DNA of 64,000 nt, taken from positions 64,001 to 128,000 of the IMG/VR virus record IMGVR_UViG_3300037010_001573; one strand, 5' to 3'. Below, piece after piece: positions 1 to 9,445 of the stretch; position 1 is the first letter of the stretch; every line of letters begins with the position of its first letter. The notes beneath the pieces were generated by a model, which saw nothing but the letters and a program-made list of their open reading frames with translations, had not been told where the DNA came from and made no database searches. The position numbers were made by a program, and so were the translations under genes. This DNA comes from a virus (taxonomy: Duplodnaviria > Heunggongvirae > Uroviricota > Caudoviricetes).

Positions 1-968
1 ACTGTTACAACACGAGAAGTACCGAACCATTCAGAGTTAAATGAACTCAGTTTCATCCCTTTTTCAGGTGATACTACAGTTCCCCCGGTTACAGTTGCTA
101 TGTCTTCTAAAACAGCTGTACGTCTATCACCAAAATCTGGAGCTTTAACAGCCGCTACCTTTAACATACCTCTCATTTTGTTTACTATCAATGTAGATAA
201 AGCTTCACCATCGATGTCTTCAGCAATGATTAGTAATGAACTGTCTGTTTGAGATGCTCCTTCTAAAATAGGCAATAACTCTTTAACAGATACTATGTTT
301 CCCTTATATATTAATATAACAGGGTTTTGTAAAACAGCTGACATTGAATTATTATCCGTTACAAAATACATAGATTTATAACCTCTATCAAATTGGATAC
401 CTTCAACAGTTTCTAAAGATGTTTCACCTGTCTTAGATTCTTCTACAGTAACAACACCATCTTGTCCTACCAATTCCATAGCTTCTGCTACTAATGTTCC
501 CATTTCTTCATCATTATTAGCCGAAATAGTAGCTACTTGTCTAATTTGTTCTGGAGAACTGATATCACGCTTAATAGCTTTTAAACCTTCTATTATTTGA
601 TTAGTTCCAGCTTCAATACCTCTTTTAACTAAAACAACATTTGTGTTAGGTGTTATAGCTCCAAAAGATCTTTGAATTAATTCATTGGCTAATACAGTAG
701 AAGTAGTAGTTCCATCCCCTGCTTTATCTGCTGTTTTTATAGATGCTTGTTTTACAATCTGAGCACCCATGTTTTCAATAGGATCTTCTAATTCTTTAAG
801 TTCTTTAGCAACAGTAACTCCATCTTTAGTACTCCGAATACTCCCATATTCATCTTTGAATAATACATTTCTCCCATAAGGTCCTAGAGTAGAACCAACA
901 GCGTCTGCCACTTGTTTTACACCAGATCCTAATTTTTCTTTTGCTTCTTGATTAAAGGCTGTTTTCAT
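1..968 (-). CDS. groEL: Chaperonin GroEL (5' part; runs off the window start)
   Basis: Manual translation from ATG at 968: MKTAFNQEAKEKLGSGVKQVADAVGSTLGPYGRNV...TKDGVTVAKE...AGDGTTTSTVLA, hallmark GroEL motifs; adjacent to groES. Confidence 0.97.
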   Translation of the reverse strand, partial: MKTAFNQEAKEKLGSGVKQVADAVGSTLGPYGRNVLFKDEYGSIRSTKDGVTVAKELKELEDPIENMGAQIVKQASIKTADKAGDGTTTSTVLANELIQRSFGAITPNTNVVLVKRGIEAGTNQIIEGLKAIKRDISSPEQIRQVATISANNDEEMGTLVAEAMELVGQDGVVTVEESKTGETSLETVEGIQFDRGYKSMYFVTDNNSMSAVLQNPVILIYKGNIVSVKELLPILEGASQTDSSLLIIAEDIDGEALSTLIVNKMRGMLKVAAVKAPDFGDRRTAVLEDIATVTGGTVVSPEKGMKLSSFNSEWFGTSRVVT

Positions 969-980
969 ATTTATTTTTAA

Positions 981-1265
981 TTATATTTGTGCTAAAACTT
1001 TATCTTCTGATAAAGCTATATATTCTTGTCCTTCCCATTCTATTTTTGTTATACCAATCTGTGGTAACAAAACTCTATCATTTATTTGGAATGACATTGG
1101 AATTCTGGCGTCACCAGCATCATTCCATCTTCCTGGGCCTACATCAATAACAGTACCAATTATCGCTTTTTCTTGTGTTAAATCAGGAATTATAAACTTC
1201 CCATGCATTTTTTCGCTTTTTTCGTCTGCTTTTACAATAATAGCATCCCATACGGCTTTAATCAT
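981..1265 (-). CDS. groES: Co-chaperonin GroES
   Basis: 94 aa with GKFIIPD mobile-loop-like segment and GTVIDVGPG; directly upstream of groEL. Confidence 0.93.
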   Translation of the reverse strand: MIKAVWDAIIVKADEKSEKMHGKFIIPDLTQEKAIIGTVIDVGPGRWNDAGDARIPMSFQINDRVLLPQIGITKIEWEGQEYIALSEDKVLAQI

Positions 1266-1288
1266 ATTATATAGTGTTAAATTATTTA

Positions 1289-1465
1289 TTATATTTGTGC
1301 TTCTTCTATTTGTGCTTCTTCTATAACCTCACAAAAAAACATTTTGTTATCTTTTTTAAATGATTTGTGAGATAATGACATTTCATTCCATATATGAGCA
1401 AAGGGTTCGTATATTAAACTAGTCATACGTTTTATTAAAAACAACTCATCATTTACTTTTATCAT
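1289..1465 (-). CDS. Small hypothetical protein (58 aa) ending in a duplicated IEEAQ unit
   Basis: Manual translation MIKVNDELFLIKR...EVIEEAQIEEAQI; ATG overlaps the upstream stop (TAATG); 15-bp tandem duplication at the 3' end. Confidence 0.55.
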   Translation of the reverse strand: MIKVNDELFLIKRMTSLIYEPFAHIWNEMSLSHKSFKKDNKMFFCEVIEEAQIEEAQI

Positions 1466-2205
1466 TATAATCTTAATTCTGGTAAGTAATAAACAGTGTG
1501 TCCATTTTCAGCTGTTATAAATTCTAATTTTAGTAACCCTTCAGCACTTAAATACCCCTTGGCACTGGTGTAATCTCCCTTATTAGCATTTAATATTTCT
1601 TTTATGTAAGATGAGTTAAAGGGATGTGAACTTATTTTTAAAGCTTCATAATCAGCAAGACATGTAAATTCAATTTTATTGGCATGTGATGTAGGTTCAC
1701 CCAAAACAAATTTTGCTTGTTTCCCACCATCTTCATGAGCATAACTTGATATTCTACAAATATCACGTGTGTTAGATCCTAAAGCATTTTTAGCTTTAAT
1801 GAAACGTGTTATGAACTCAACATCTATATCAAATGTGATATCATACGTTGGTTCCGAAATACTAGGGGTTGCGGGAACAATATATGGGTCTGCTAAAGAA
1901 TATTGTAAAGAGAAATTAGAATCTTCAATAAGCAATTTAGTCGGAATCTTATACTGTGATTCAACATTTAATAAAATATCTGTTTCTAATATGCTAAGCA
2001 TTTTAAGTAAACCACTAGTATTGTATATTCCTACTGTGTTGTCTCCTATCTTAATACCACAATCTAAATGTCCTACTAAGTCTTGATTAGGTGACACAAA
2101 ATCAATATGGAGTTTATCATTTGATATAATCCATTTTACGCTCTCAATAATACCACCTAAATAGTATTTTTCGATATTCGTTACTAAATCTAATTTTTTA
2201 ATCAT
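1465..2205 (-). CDS. DNA polymerase sliding clamp (T4 gp45-like)
   Basis: 246 aa; size and two-domain beta/alpha pattern typical of phage clamps; next to PolB. Confidence 0.7.
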   Translation of the reverse strand: MIKKLDLVTNIEKYYLGGIIESVKWIISNDKLHIDFVSPNQDLVGHLDCGIKIGDNTVGIYNTSGLLKMLSILETDILLNVESQYKIPTKLLIEDSNFSLQYSLADPYIVPATPSISEPTYDITFDIDVEFITRFIKAKNALGSNTRDICRISSYAHEDGGKQAKFVLGEPTSHANKIEFTCLADYEALKISSHPFNSSYIKEILNANKGDYTSAKGYLSAEGLLKLEFITAENGHTVYYLPELRL

Positions 2206-2208
2206 ATT

Positions 2209-2240
2209 TAAATATAATAATAATTCTTGGGTTTTCCAAA
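2209..2240 (-). promoter_or_regulatory. Bacteroidota-type promoter (example; similar at 8751, 12779, 23650, 25844, 60670, 63421)
   Basis: TTTG-N20-TATATTTA upstream of the clamp ATG; matches the Bacteroides -33 TTTG / -7 TAnnTTTG layout. Confidence 0.7.
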
Positions 2241-2253
2241 TTCTAAAAGTTGT

Positions 2254-3150
2254 TTATTTAAACGAAAAGAATTTATTTATTTTATTATTGAATATAGGTT
2301 TACCCCATTTTAAATCTTTATATAAACTTTCTAATTTATTAGTTAATATTGATTCAAATACTTGAGATTTATCTAAGTATTTCTCAACAAACTCAGTTAT
2401 AAAAGGAGGATCATCATAACCATTGAAACCTATTACATCTATTCGATAAGGGTTATCTTTTAAATAAGCTATAAACATTTTATCACCAATAGATAAAACA
2501 TTATGTTTTTTATCTAATTTTTTAAAACGCAACAAATCATTATAGAAAATAGCAGCTTTCGTATTAATAGGACATTTTAATCCTAAACGTGAAAATATTT
2601 CACCCGCTTTAGGAGGAGACGCAATGTAATCTTGTAAATTTTTTATTCCTGTTGGTTTTAATAATAAACGCCAATCAACAACATCAATACTATCTCTAAA
2701 TTCCAATATTTTTTTATCTATGTTCGGTTTTTTAGCACCAAACATTATATCTTGTAAAAGTTGTTTACTAAATGTTCTAAAATATGGGGGGAAATTAGAT
2801 TTCATCAAGTCTAATCCTTTAATATCTAATTCTTCTACAGGCACCCCTTCTTTATTTACAATATACATAGCATAACGTCGTTTACCAGCAAAATAACCTC
2901 GCTCTAATACTACTTCTTGTTTTAATTCAAAATAATGTGTTCGATCATGTAGATTAAATGCTTCTTGTGAAAAATTACCTATAAAGGTATTTGCTACTTC
3001 TTGTAATTCTGTTGCTATTTCTAAAACTAAAGGTATTACCTTTTCTTTATCATTTATATCTAAATCAGGATATCTATGTAATAATAAATCCTTTACATGA
3101 ATAAACAATGAATCCGTATCACTTGTTATTATTCTATCTTTATCTTCCAT
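2254..3150 (-). CDS. Family B DNA polymerase, C-terminal piece (palm motif C and thumb)
   Basis: Starts MEDKDRIITSDTDS (motif C); contains KRRYA and LDIKGLDLMKS; own ATG 2 nt after the endonuclease stop. Confidence 0.93.
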   Translation of the reverse strand: MEDKDRIITSDTDSLFIHVKDLLLHRYPDLDINDKEKVIPLVLEIATELQEVANTFIGNFSQEAFNLHDRTHYFELKQEVVLERGYFAGKRRYAMYIVNKEGVPVEELDIKGLDLMKSNFPPYFRTFSKQLLQDIMFGAKKPNIDKKILEFRDSIDVVDWRLLLKPTGIKNLQDYIASPPKAGEIFSRLGLKCPINTKAAIFYNDLLRFKKLDKKHNVLSIGDKMFIAYLKDNPYRIDVIGFNGYDDPPFITEFVEKYLDKSQVFESILTNKLESLYKDLKWGKPIFNNKINKFFSFK

Positions 3151-3152
3151 AT

Positions 3153-3782
3153 TTATTTTTTATACACCCATATAAAATTATTTGTTTTTTTCAATATTTT
3201 TCTACATACTTTAGATATGGAAGAAGCATTACTATTTGTTTGTTTTGATGCTTCTTTAATACTATGCCATTCTTTAATAAAATTTCCTTCTAAATCATAT
3301 TGAATGATAGGTTTTTGATTATTTTCGGCTGCTTTTTTATGATTTCTATTTTTAGAAACTTTACATCCCATTCCTTCAGGTTTTGGAACTCCTAATCTGC
3401 ATTGTTTCATTAATTCTCCAAACCCATATGGTTTTTTTTTACCTTTTAATGCTTTGCTTTTTCGTTGTTTTGTTATATCCGATTGTTTTTTTCCTAACAT
3501 TGGTTTTTTGTCTTTTCTCCCTTCTTTAGATTCTTCAGAATGTTTTAAAGGACCACCACCACCTTTATTTTGATTAATCAAATCAAAACCCCATTGTCTA
3601 AATTGTTCAATCCAGTAGCATTCTATCAATTTTTTATCAATAGAATTAGTTATTTCTATATCTAATATTTCAATATCTATACCATATTTTTGCCTATGTT
3701 GGTTTACTCTAGTTTTTAAATTTTTAGTATATCCTACATAAAAAGGTATTTGATTTTTCTCTAAATAATATATATAAATCAT
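3153..3782 (-). mobile_element. GIY-YIG homing endonuclease with NUMOD3/NUMOD1-type DNA-binding tail, intact
   Basis: IYIYYLEK...FYVGYTKNLKTRVNQH catalytic motif, INQNKGGGG, KPIIQYDLEGNFIKEW; lies between the two PolB pieces. Confidence 0.9.
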
Positions 3783-3822
3783 ATTTTATTTTATCATAAA
3801 TATTACATTTACTATACAACGA

Positions 3823-5547
3823 TTAAGTTTTTTTATTCCCACAACCTTTAAGTGTATTTTTTATTTCATTGTTTATATAATTATTCATATTTATTATACT
3901 TTCTTGTAAAAGTCTTTGTCCTGTAAGTGTTATTGCCTTTGATATAAATTTATGCCCATCTGTATACCTCCATCCGTTTATAGCATAACAACCATAAACA
4001 TCGTTAAGTTTAATTTTGTAAGCATGTTGGCGTCTGTTATAAAAATCACCCATAATAGGATCTTTATCCACTTTAAACGCTTTTTTCATTAATACCTTAT
4101 ATTCACTCCTTTTATTAAACCAATCTGTCAATATATCACAAACAACGCTTGGTCTATCTTTTCTAAATAAAACACCCGGAGCTGAAATTGTCCAGTTTTC
4201 TTTTTCTATTAATTCCAATATTTTTCCTGCTTTAACAGTAGAACGAATAACAGATTTAGATGGTGTTAATCTTTCAATTTGTAATTCATATTCTGGATCT
4301 AGTTCTTTAAGTTCTTTAAGAGACCATTGATTATCATATTTATCTCTATTTACAATACGACCTATTAAAGTTTCAATACCTATATTCAATGAACGTATAA
4401 TAGAAGGGTATAAAGATGTAAAATCCAAGTCAATAACCCATTCATACAAACCTGGGACTGGATCTTTTAAATAACCACCTGCATATTCTTCTTTGATATC
4501 CTGTAGAGAAGGATTATAAGTGGTAGGTTTGTTAGGAGAAACAATATTATTACGTTTTAAATATGTTAATATAGCTCCTTCATTTAATACAGTAGACATG
4601 TATATTTGTTCATAAGGAACATGACATAAATGGCAAACAGTAATAGTTAAATCAATAAATTTCAGTTTTTTTTCTAATTCAACAAGAATTTCAACATCTC
4701 GAATATTATAATCGATGAATTTATCAACATCATCAACAAACAGTTTATCTAAAGAACCCAAATATTCGATTTTGCCTAAATTTACGTACTTTTCACCAAT
4801 ATCACCTAATTTGTAAGATGGTTCTTGCGCAGTAACATATTTTTTAAACAACAACATGTAATCTAAATGGTTAAGACCCGCTATTTTTGTTGTTTTAACT
4901 CCTCTAAAATCATTTTCATCGACCTTATTTAACGGTGATAAACGCACGGCCTCTGTTTTTCCGCATATTTTGGCGATTCTAGAGTAAAGATACGGTATAT
5001 CGAAGAATTCGCTGTTCCATCCTGATATTATTGTTGGGTCTATTTCATCCCACATGTCTAAGAAGCGGTTTAATAAATCCGCTTCATCTGAACATGGTAT
5101 TATATGTTTATTTCCTAATATTGAAGATTTTAATTTAGATTTTTCATCTAAAATATAACAATAATATATTTTTGTATTATTGTCATACAAAGCTATGGAT
5201 GTTATTTTTCCTTGTGGGTTTCTAACACTATCTTGTGTAAGAGCACCAGCAATTTCACATTCGATATCTAAATAAACTAAATTTTGAAAAGAAGGAACAT
5301 CATCTGAATCTGAATATGCATCTACTAATACTCTAGTGTATTTGTCTACATCACTTTCAAAAACAGCAATTTCTTTATAATCGTATGTTTTTGTAGGAGA
5401 CACACGTTTACCATCTATCGTCTTGAATTCACCAGCATCATCCAATCTATAACCGGTCGCACGATATGGGAAAGATACCCACCCTTTTTTATCGTCTTTT
5501 AAATGATACTCTTTAGTACCTCTATTGTAGTATATTGATTGATACAA
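3823..5547 (-). CDS. Family B DNA polymerase, N-terminal piece (3'-5' exonuclease, motifs A and B)
   Basis: YLDIECE, GWNSEFFDIPY, YNIRDV, DLDFTSLYPSII, KIKLNDVYG; lacks DTDS, which is in 2254..3150. Confidence 0.95.
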   Translation of the reverse strand: MYQSIYYNRGTKEYHLKDDKKGWVSFPYRATGYRLDDAGEFKTIDGKRVSPTKTYDYKEIAVFESDVDKYTRVLVDAYSDSDDVPSFQNLVYLDIECEIAGALTQDSVRNPQGKITSIALYDNNTKIYYCYILDEKSKLKSSILGNKHIIPCSDEADLLNRFLDMWDEIDPTIISGWNSEFFDIPYLYSRIAKICGKTEAVRLSPLNKVDENDFRGVKTTKIAGLNHLDYMLLFKKYVTAQEPSYKLGDIGEKYVNLGKIEYLGSLDKLFVDDVDKFIDYNIRDVEILVELEKKLKFIDLTITVCHLCHVPYEQIYMSTVLNEGAILTYLKRNNIVSPNKPTTYNPSLQDIKEEYAGGYLKDPVPGLYEWVIDLDFTSLYPSIIRSLNIGIETLIGRIVNRDKYDNQWSLKELKELDPEYELQIERLTPSKSVIRSTVKAGKILELIEKENWTISAPGVLFRKDRPSVVCDILTDWFNKRSEYKVLMKKAFKVDKDPIMGDFYNRRQHAYKIKLNDVYGCYAINGWRYTDGHKFISKAITLTGQRLLQESIINMNNYINNEIKNTLKGCGNKKT

Positions 5548-5654
5548 AACCTTTGTTTTAAATTAATAACCTTTATATAAATAAATATATTATTTTTTCT
5601 TTTTTGGGGTAATATTTTCTTTTTTTCTTAGATAATGCTTCAGTAGCATCTGCT

Positions 5655-5885
5655 TCAAGTTGATTTATCCTCCTTAACATCTGATGCGCGTTCATTGATA
5701 ACAGAAGATTGAGGATGTGTATTATCTTCATCTTGTTTAATATCTGGTTGTTCCTCAACCACCATATCTTTTAAAGCAGGTTGCCCTTTTGTAAGTTGAT
5801 AAGAAATTAAACCAGCCATGGTTACTATTCCTAAAAAAAGCAATATTACTTCAGCTAAATTCATTGTTGAAATTGTGTTTATCAT
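5655..5885 (-). CDS. Hypothetical membrane protein
   Basis: N-terminal hydrophobic helix followed by acidic tail. Confidence 0.5.
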   Translation of the reverse strand: MINTISTMNLAEVILLFLGIVTMAGLISYQLTKGQPALKDMVVEEQPDIKQDEDNTHPQSSVINERASDVKEDKST

Positions 5886-5952
5886 TTTGTTTATTTTATT
5901 AATAATATAAAATTGTGATGCTAAATATAAAAAATCCTAAAATTAATCTATT

Positions 5953-6099
5953 TTACTCTACAAAGTCTTCATCTTTTAAATCTTCACCACCAACACCCAT
6001 AGGTGTCCAAGATGCTTGTATTTTATCTAAATGAATCCCCAATGTTACTTCATAATTAGGATCATTTAAATTTATGAAAATATTATCCGTTATTCTCAT
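5953..6099 (-). CDS. Small hypothetical protein (48 aa)
   Basis: Manual translation MRITDNIFINLNDPNYEVTLGIHLDKIQASWTPMGVGGEDLKDEDFVE; fills the gap below the MazG-like gene. Confidence 0.45.
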   Translation of the reverse strand: MRITDNIFINLNDPNYEVTLGIHLDKIQASWTPMGVGGEDLKDEDFVE

Positions 6100-6598
6100 T
6101 TGATTTTTTTATTTCTTCTTTAGTAAAAAATTGGTTTAGATTTGGGCGAAAATAATTTATACTTTTCATTACTTTTCTATCATCCGTTCTGTAAACAACG
6201 AAAACCTCTCCAACTTTTTCATAATGACAAGCTGCATTTTGTTCGATACTTCTTTTAGAGACTGTTGCGATTGCTTCTTCTTCAGTTTTACAAGTTTTCG
6301 ACAAATTTGAAGCTTGTACTTCTTGATAGGCCGGCCATATCTTATTCTTAAGACCGTGTAACATAGTACCGTTCCCAGTAGCAACATAAGTAATATCACA
6401 TAAAGCATCCAAAACTTCCACGATGTCGCCGTTTTCGCATGCTTCTCTATATTCTTCAAGCTCTTCGAGTATGAAATTATACACAAATTCCCATTCTTTT
6501 CTTTCGGGGATATTGGGTTCATAATTATTGGGTTTGGCCATAACAGCATTAAATTCTTCGACCTCATCTATAAAAGGCACATTTGGTTTTGTAATCAT
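6083..6598 (-). CDS. MazG-like all-alpha NTP pyrophosphohydrolase
   Basis: EELEEYREA...EVLDALCDITYV acidic metal-binding pattern of the MazG/dimeric dUTPase superfamily. Confidence 0.8.
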   Translation of the reverse strand: MITKPNVPFIDEVEEFNAVMAKPNNYEPNIPERKEWEFVYNFILEELEEYREACENGDIVEVLDALCDITYVATGNGTMLHGLKNKIWPAYQEVQASNLSKTCKTEEEAIATVSKRSIEQNAACHYEKVGEVFVVYRTDDRKVMKSINYFRPNLNQFFTKEEIKKSNENNG

Positions 6599-6601
6599 GG
6601 T

Positions 6602-7012
6602 TTATTTTGTTGTTTTTATTAAATAATCGGCAATTGGTTCAGCATTTATATCTTCCCATGGGTAGTATATAAATTCATCACCTGAATGAATAGCAGCATA
6701 TACATTAGGTGTGTATAAGGATGTATGTGGTTTAAAATGTAAAGCACCTGTATAAACACCATGTATGTTCTTTAATGTCTTTCCTGAATCACATATATCA
6801 TCTATAACTAAAGTATTAGGCATCATTATGTTTGTGTATGGTAATTTTAAAATATGAGATACCATAACAGCAGGTATTAATCCTCCTCTTGCAACCCCGT
6901 GGATTGAATCTATATTTGGGTATTGGTTTTGGATATTTAAGCAAAGTTTATTAACCAAATATTCAACATCATCCCAACTTAAAAAGATTTTATTTTGTGA
7001 TTTTAATGACAT
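6602..7012 (-). CDS. Type I phosphoribosyltransferase (Gpt/Hpt-like purine PRTase)
   Basis: GVARGGLIPA and PRPP-binding LVIDDICDSGKTL; C-terminal IYYPWE as in xanthine-guanine PRTase. Confidence 0.88.
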   Translation of the reverse strand: MSLKSQNKIFLSWDDVEYLVNKLCLNIQNQYPNIDSIHGVARGGLIPAVMVSHILKLPYTNIMMPNTLVIDDICDSGKTLKNIHGVYTGALHFKPHTSLYTPNVYAAIHSGDEFIYYPWEDINAEPIADYLIKTTK

Positions 7013-7013
7013 T

Positions 7014-7715
7014 TTATGAATTTAATTTATAATGGGATGCTATTTCTATTGATTTAAAATATTCATCTCTAACTTCAGGTTTGTTTTTGAAAACTCCTGT
7101 TAACTCACTTGTAACCATTGCTGATCCTTTATGATTTGTTCCACGACACGATACACAATTATGTTCTCCTACTATAGAAACGGCTACACCAATATTACCT
7201 TCACACACTTTACTAACTGAGTTATGTATTGCTACTGTAAGTTGTTCTTGGATAGCTCCTCTTCGCCCAAAATGTTCTACTAGTCTATTAAGTTTGCTCA
7301 ACCCAATAACACGAGCATCTTCTCCAGGAATGTAAGCAATATGAACACGTCCTGTTATTGTTTCATGATGATGGCTACACATACTTGTTAAAGGTATATT
7401 TGTTTGTACTACCATTCCTTTAAAACCATCACTAGGGAATGAAGATATTGTAGGGGGAGCATCATACCTTCCTTTCCATTGTTCTAAAACATATTTCTTA
7501 GCAATACGTCTTGGAGTATCAGCACTATTTGGATCATTTTTCCAATCACAACCTAAAGCAGTTAAAAAATTACCATAAGCTTCAGCAGCAGCATCGATCA
7601 TTACTTCTTTATCTTCCTTGCTTAAAGGAAAACCAGGAGCAACCCCATTAGCTAACCCAACAGGAACTACTTCAAGATCATTGTAATTTTTTCGTCTATT
7701 GTCTTCTACGTTCAT
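7014..7715 (-). CDS. folE: GTP cyclohydrolase I
   Basis: DTPRRIAK, SMCSHH, VIGLSKLNR, IQEQLT, HNCVSCRG motifs. Confidence 0.96.
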   Translation of the reverse strand: MNVEDNRRKNYNDLEVVPVGLANGVAPGFPLSKEDKEVMIDAAAEAYGNFLTALGCDWKNDPNSADTPRRIAKKYVLEQWKGRYDAPPTISSFPSDGFKGMVVQTNIPLTSMCSHHHETITGRVHIAYIPGEDARVIGLSKLNRLVEHFGRRGAIQEQLTVAIHNSVSKVCEGNIGVAVSIVGEHNCVSCRGTNHKGSAMVTSELTGVFKNKPEVRDEYFKSIEIASHYKLNS

Positions 7716-7899
7716 AAATTATTGTTTTTTCTTTATTTGAAAATTTATATCCTCTAAATGTAATAAAATCTAATTCAATTTCCAAAAAATTTGCAATTTT
7801 TCTTACATCATCTATGGTAATTAAAGCATTACACCATTGCCACCATATTGAATTTAATATATCATTTATTGATATACCTGTTATTTTTAAATCTATCAT
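7696..7899 (-). CDS. Hypothetical protein
   Basis: ORF fills the gap between queE and folE. Confidence 0.4.
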   Translation of the reverse strand: MIDLKITGISINDILNSIWWQWCNALITIDDVRKIANFLEIELDFITFRGYKFSNKEKTIIYERRRQ

Positions 7900-7920
7900 G
7901 CTTTTTATTCTTGAATATTA

Positions 7921-8709
7921 TCACACACATCTCTCACTCTCAAAGGCAATAATGTGGGGCCTCCAAGTTAATCTATACCCATTATCACGCACCCAATTAA
8001 ATAATCTTGGATATGATTGAAATAAAGCTTCCCTTGTATCCCCACTAGGCATAAACCATACTTTATCTTGTGGTATATCTAACATTCTAATACAACCTAA
8101 TATTTCTTCTAATGTTTGTTGATCTTCACCACTCCATACTGGTTTTAGATGGTAATCAGAATGATACGCAATTGATTTAGACATAGCTTCATAATTTAAT
8201 CTAAATTTATTATGTTGTTTTATCATTTTTTCATCAACAATATATCCTTGCGGTGTTGATACTCCTATTTTTGGATTAGAATTACTAAACTTAGGACTAA
8301 TGCTAAGTAAATTAATAGGCCAATCAGTTTCAAGAAAATGACTCCCTTCCGTTTCCATAGTAATAAAAATTCCTCTTTCATGTGCAAAATGTGTTAGTTC
8401 GTTTACTAATTTAGGCCACATAGTGGGACTCCCTCCTGTAAGCATCATCTCAGTAATGTGAGGGTTATCATCATACATTTTAATGATGTCTTGAAAAGAA
8501 TATTGAGCTTTTTCTGGGTGGATTGATGTATACCAACTATCACACCACCCTCCATCACCAAAAAAACAACGATGAGTGCATCCAGTAGTTCTTATTATCA
8601 CTGTAGGATAACCTGCTCTGCTTCCTTCTGATTGTACGGCCGTATATAATTCAATAATTGCTGACTTTTTATCTTTTTCAACTTCAGTCATTCTTGTTAT
8701 TTGTCCCAT
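7921..8709 (-). CDS. queE: 7-carboxy-7-deazaguanine synthase (radical SAM)
   Basis: ELYTAVQSEGSRAGYP, IRTTGCTHRC...WCDS radical-SAM cysteines, LTGGSP, METEG, SISPK. Confidence 0.93.
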   Translation of the reverse strand: MGQITRMTEVEKDKKSAIIELYTAVQSEGSRAGYPTVIIRTTGCTHRCFFGDGGWCDSWYTSIHPEKAQYSFQDIIKMYDDNPHITEMMLTGGSPTMWPKLVNELTHFAHERGIFITMETEGSHFLETDWPINLLSISPKFSNSNPKIGVSTPQGYIVDEKMIKQHNKFRLNYEAMSKSIAYHSDYHLKPVWSGEDQQTLEEILGCIRMLDIPQDKVWFMPSGDTREALFQSYPRLFNWVRDNGYRLTWRPHIIAFESERCV

Positions 8710-8760
8710 CTTATTCTAAGTGTTGGCTTAATAATTTATTTATATTTTTGTGAAGATACA

Positions 8761-8790
8761 AAAAGGTTGGCGAGAAGCCAACCTATTTTT
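8761..8790. terminator. Intrinsic terminator after the lysis cassette
   Basis: Stem AGGTTGGC/GCCAACCT (8764-8784) flanked by A and T tracts. Confidence 0.75.
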
Positions 8791-8805
8791 AATATTTTTT
8801 TAAAA

Positions 8806-9444
8806 TTATTTATGTAAACTTATTTTCCAATACATTCCTCCTTGAATAGATACGTTTTTATCAGTTCCATAACCAGCTGCTAGAAAAAATATACGATCTT
8901 GTTTTGTTTTATATAATACTGAAGGTCCAACAAAATTAATAATATTTGTTTTATCAAATCCAGAAATACCACCAATATATATTTGGTCTTTAGGTAATTC
9001 TTTTACGATTTTAGTATCATAAATTGTTTTCTGGATGATAGTCGCTTTATAATTTCTACCTTTAATTTGATTTTGAGTAATTGTGTCTGTTATATTAATT
9101 ATCCCCAAATGATTATCCAAAGTTAAAGTATCTTTATAAACATATGTACTATAAAAATCTTCTACTATTTTTAATGTATCCAAATTTTTAGGTGGTTTAC
9201 CAGGTTGTGGTAATGAACGCCATATTGTCTTGCCAGGTTTATATACGGTTGTTATTTTAGGTATATAAATTGTATCAACAGTGTGTTTTACAACTTCATA
9301 TTTCTTTCCATCAATTTTTACAACATTCTTAGATGTTTGGCTATTACAACTATCTGTTATATTAGAAAAAAATAAAAATATCATTAAACCTAGTATAAGT
9401 AAGGTTTTAAGATCTAATTTTTTAAATAATGATTTGTCTTCCAT
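8806..9444 (-). CDS. Putative spanin-like lysis protein
   Basis: N-terminal TM helix followed by SC; C-terminal amphipathic beta strands ending GGMYWKISLHK; last gene of the lysis cassette. Confidence 0.5.
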   Translation of the reverse strand: MEDKSLFKKLDLKTLLILGLMIFLFFSNITDSCNSQTSKNVVKIDGKKYEVVKHTVDTIYIPKITTVYKPGKTIWRSLPQPGKPPKNLDTLKIVEDFYSTYVYKDTLTLDNHLGIINITDTITQNQIKGRNYKATIIQKTIYDTKIVKELPKDQIYIGGISGFDKTNIINFVGPSVLYKTKQDRIFFLAAGYGTDKNVSIQGGMYWKISLHK

Positions 9445-9445
9445 T

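Noticed and set aside
3153-3822. Group I intron or intein in polB
   Set aside because: Only 40 nt and 2 nt of non-coding flank, no P/Q/R/S elements, and the endonuclease is not an in-frame fusion with intein terminal residues
5573-5758. 61-aa ORF overlapping 5655..5885
   Set aside because: GTG start in an alternative frame and low complexity; not distinguishable from chance
6169-6567. Alternative-frame 132-aa ORF inside the MazG-like gene
   Set aside because: Fully nested in a gene with clear motifs and has no recognisable features of its own
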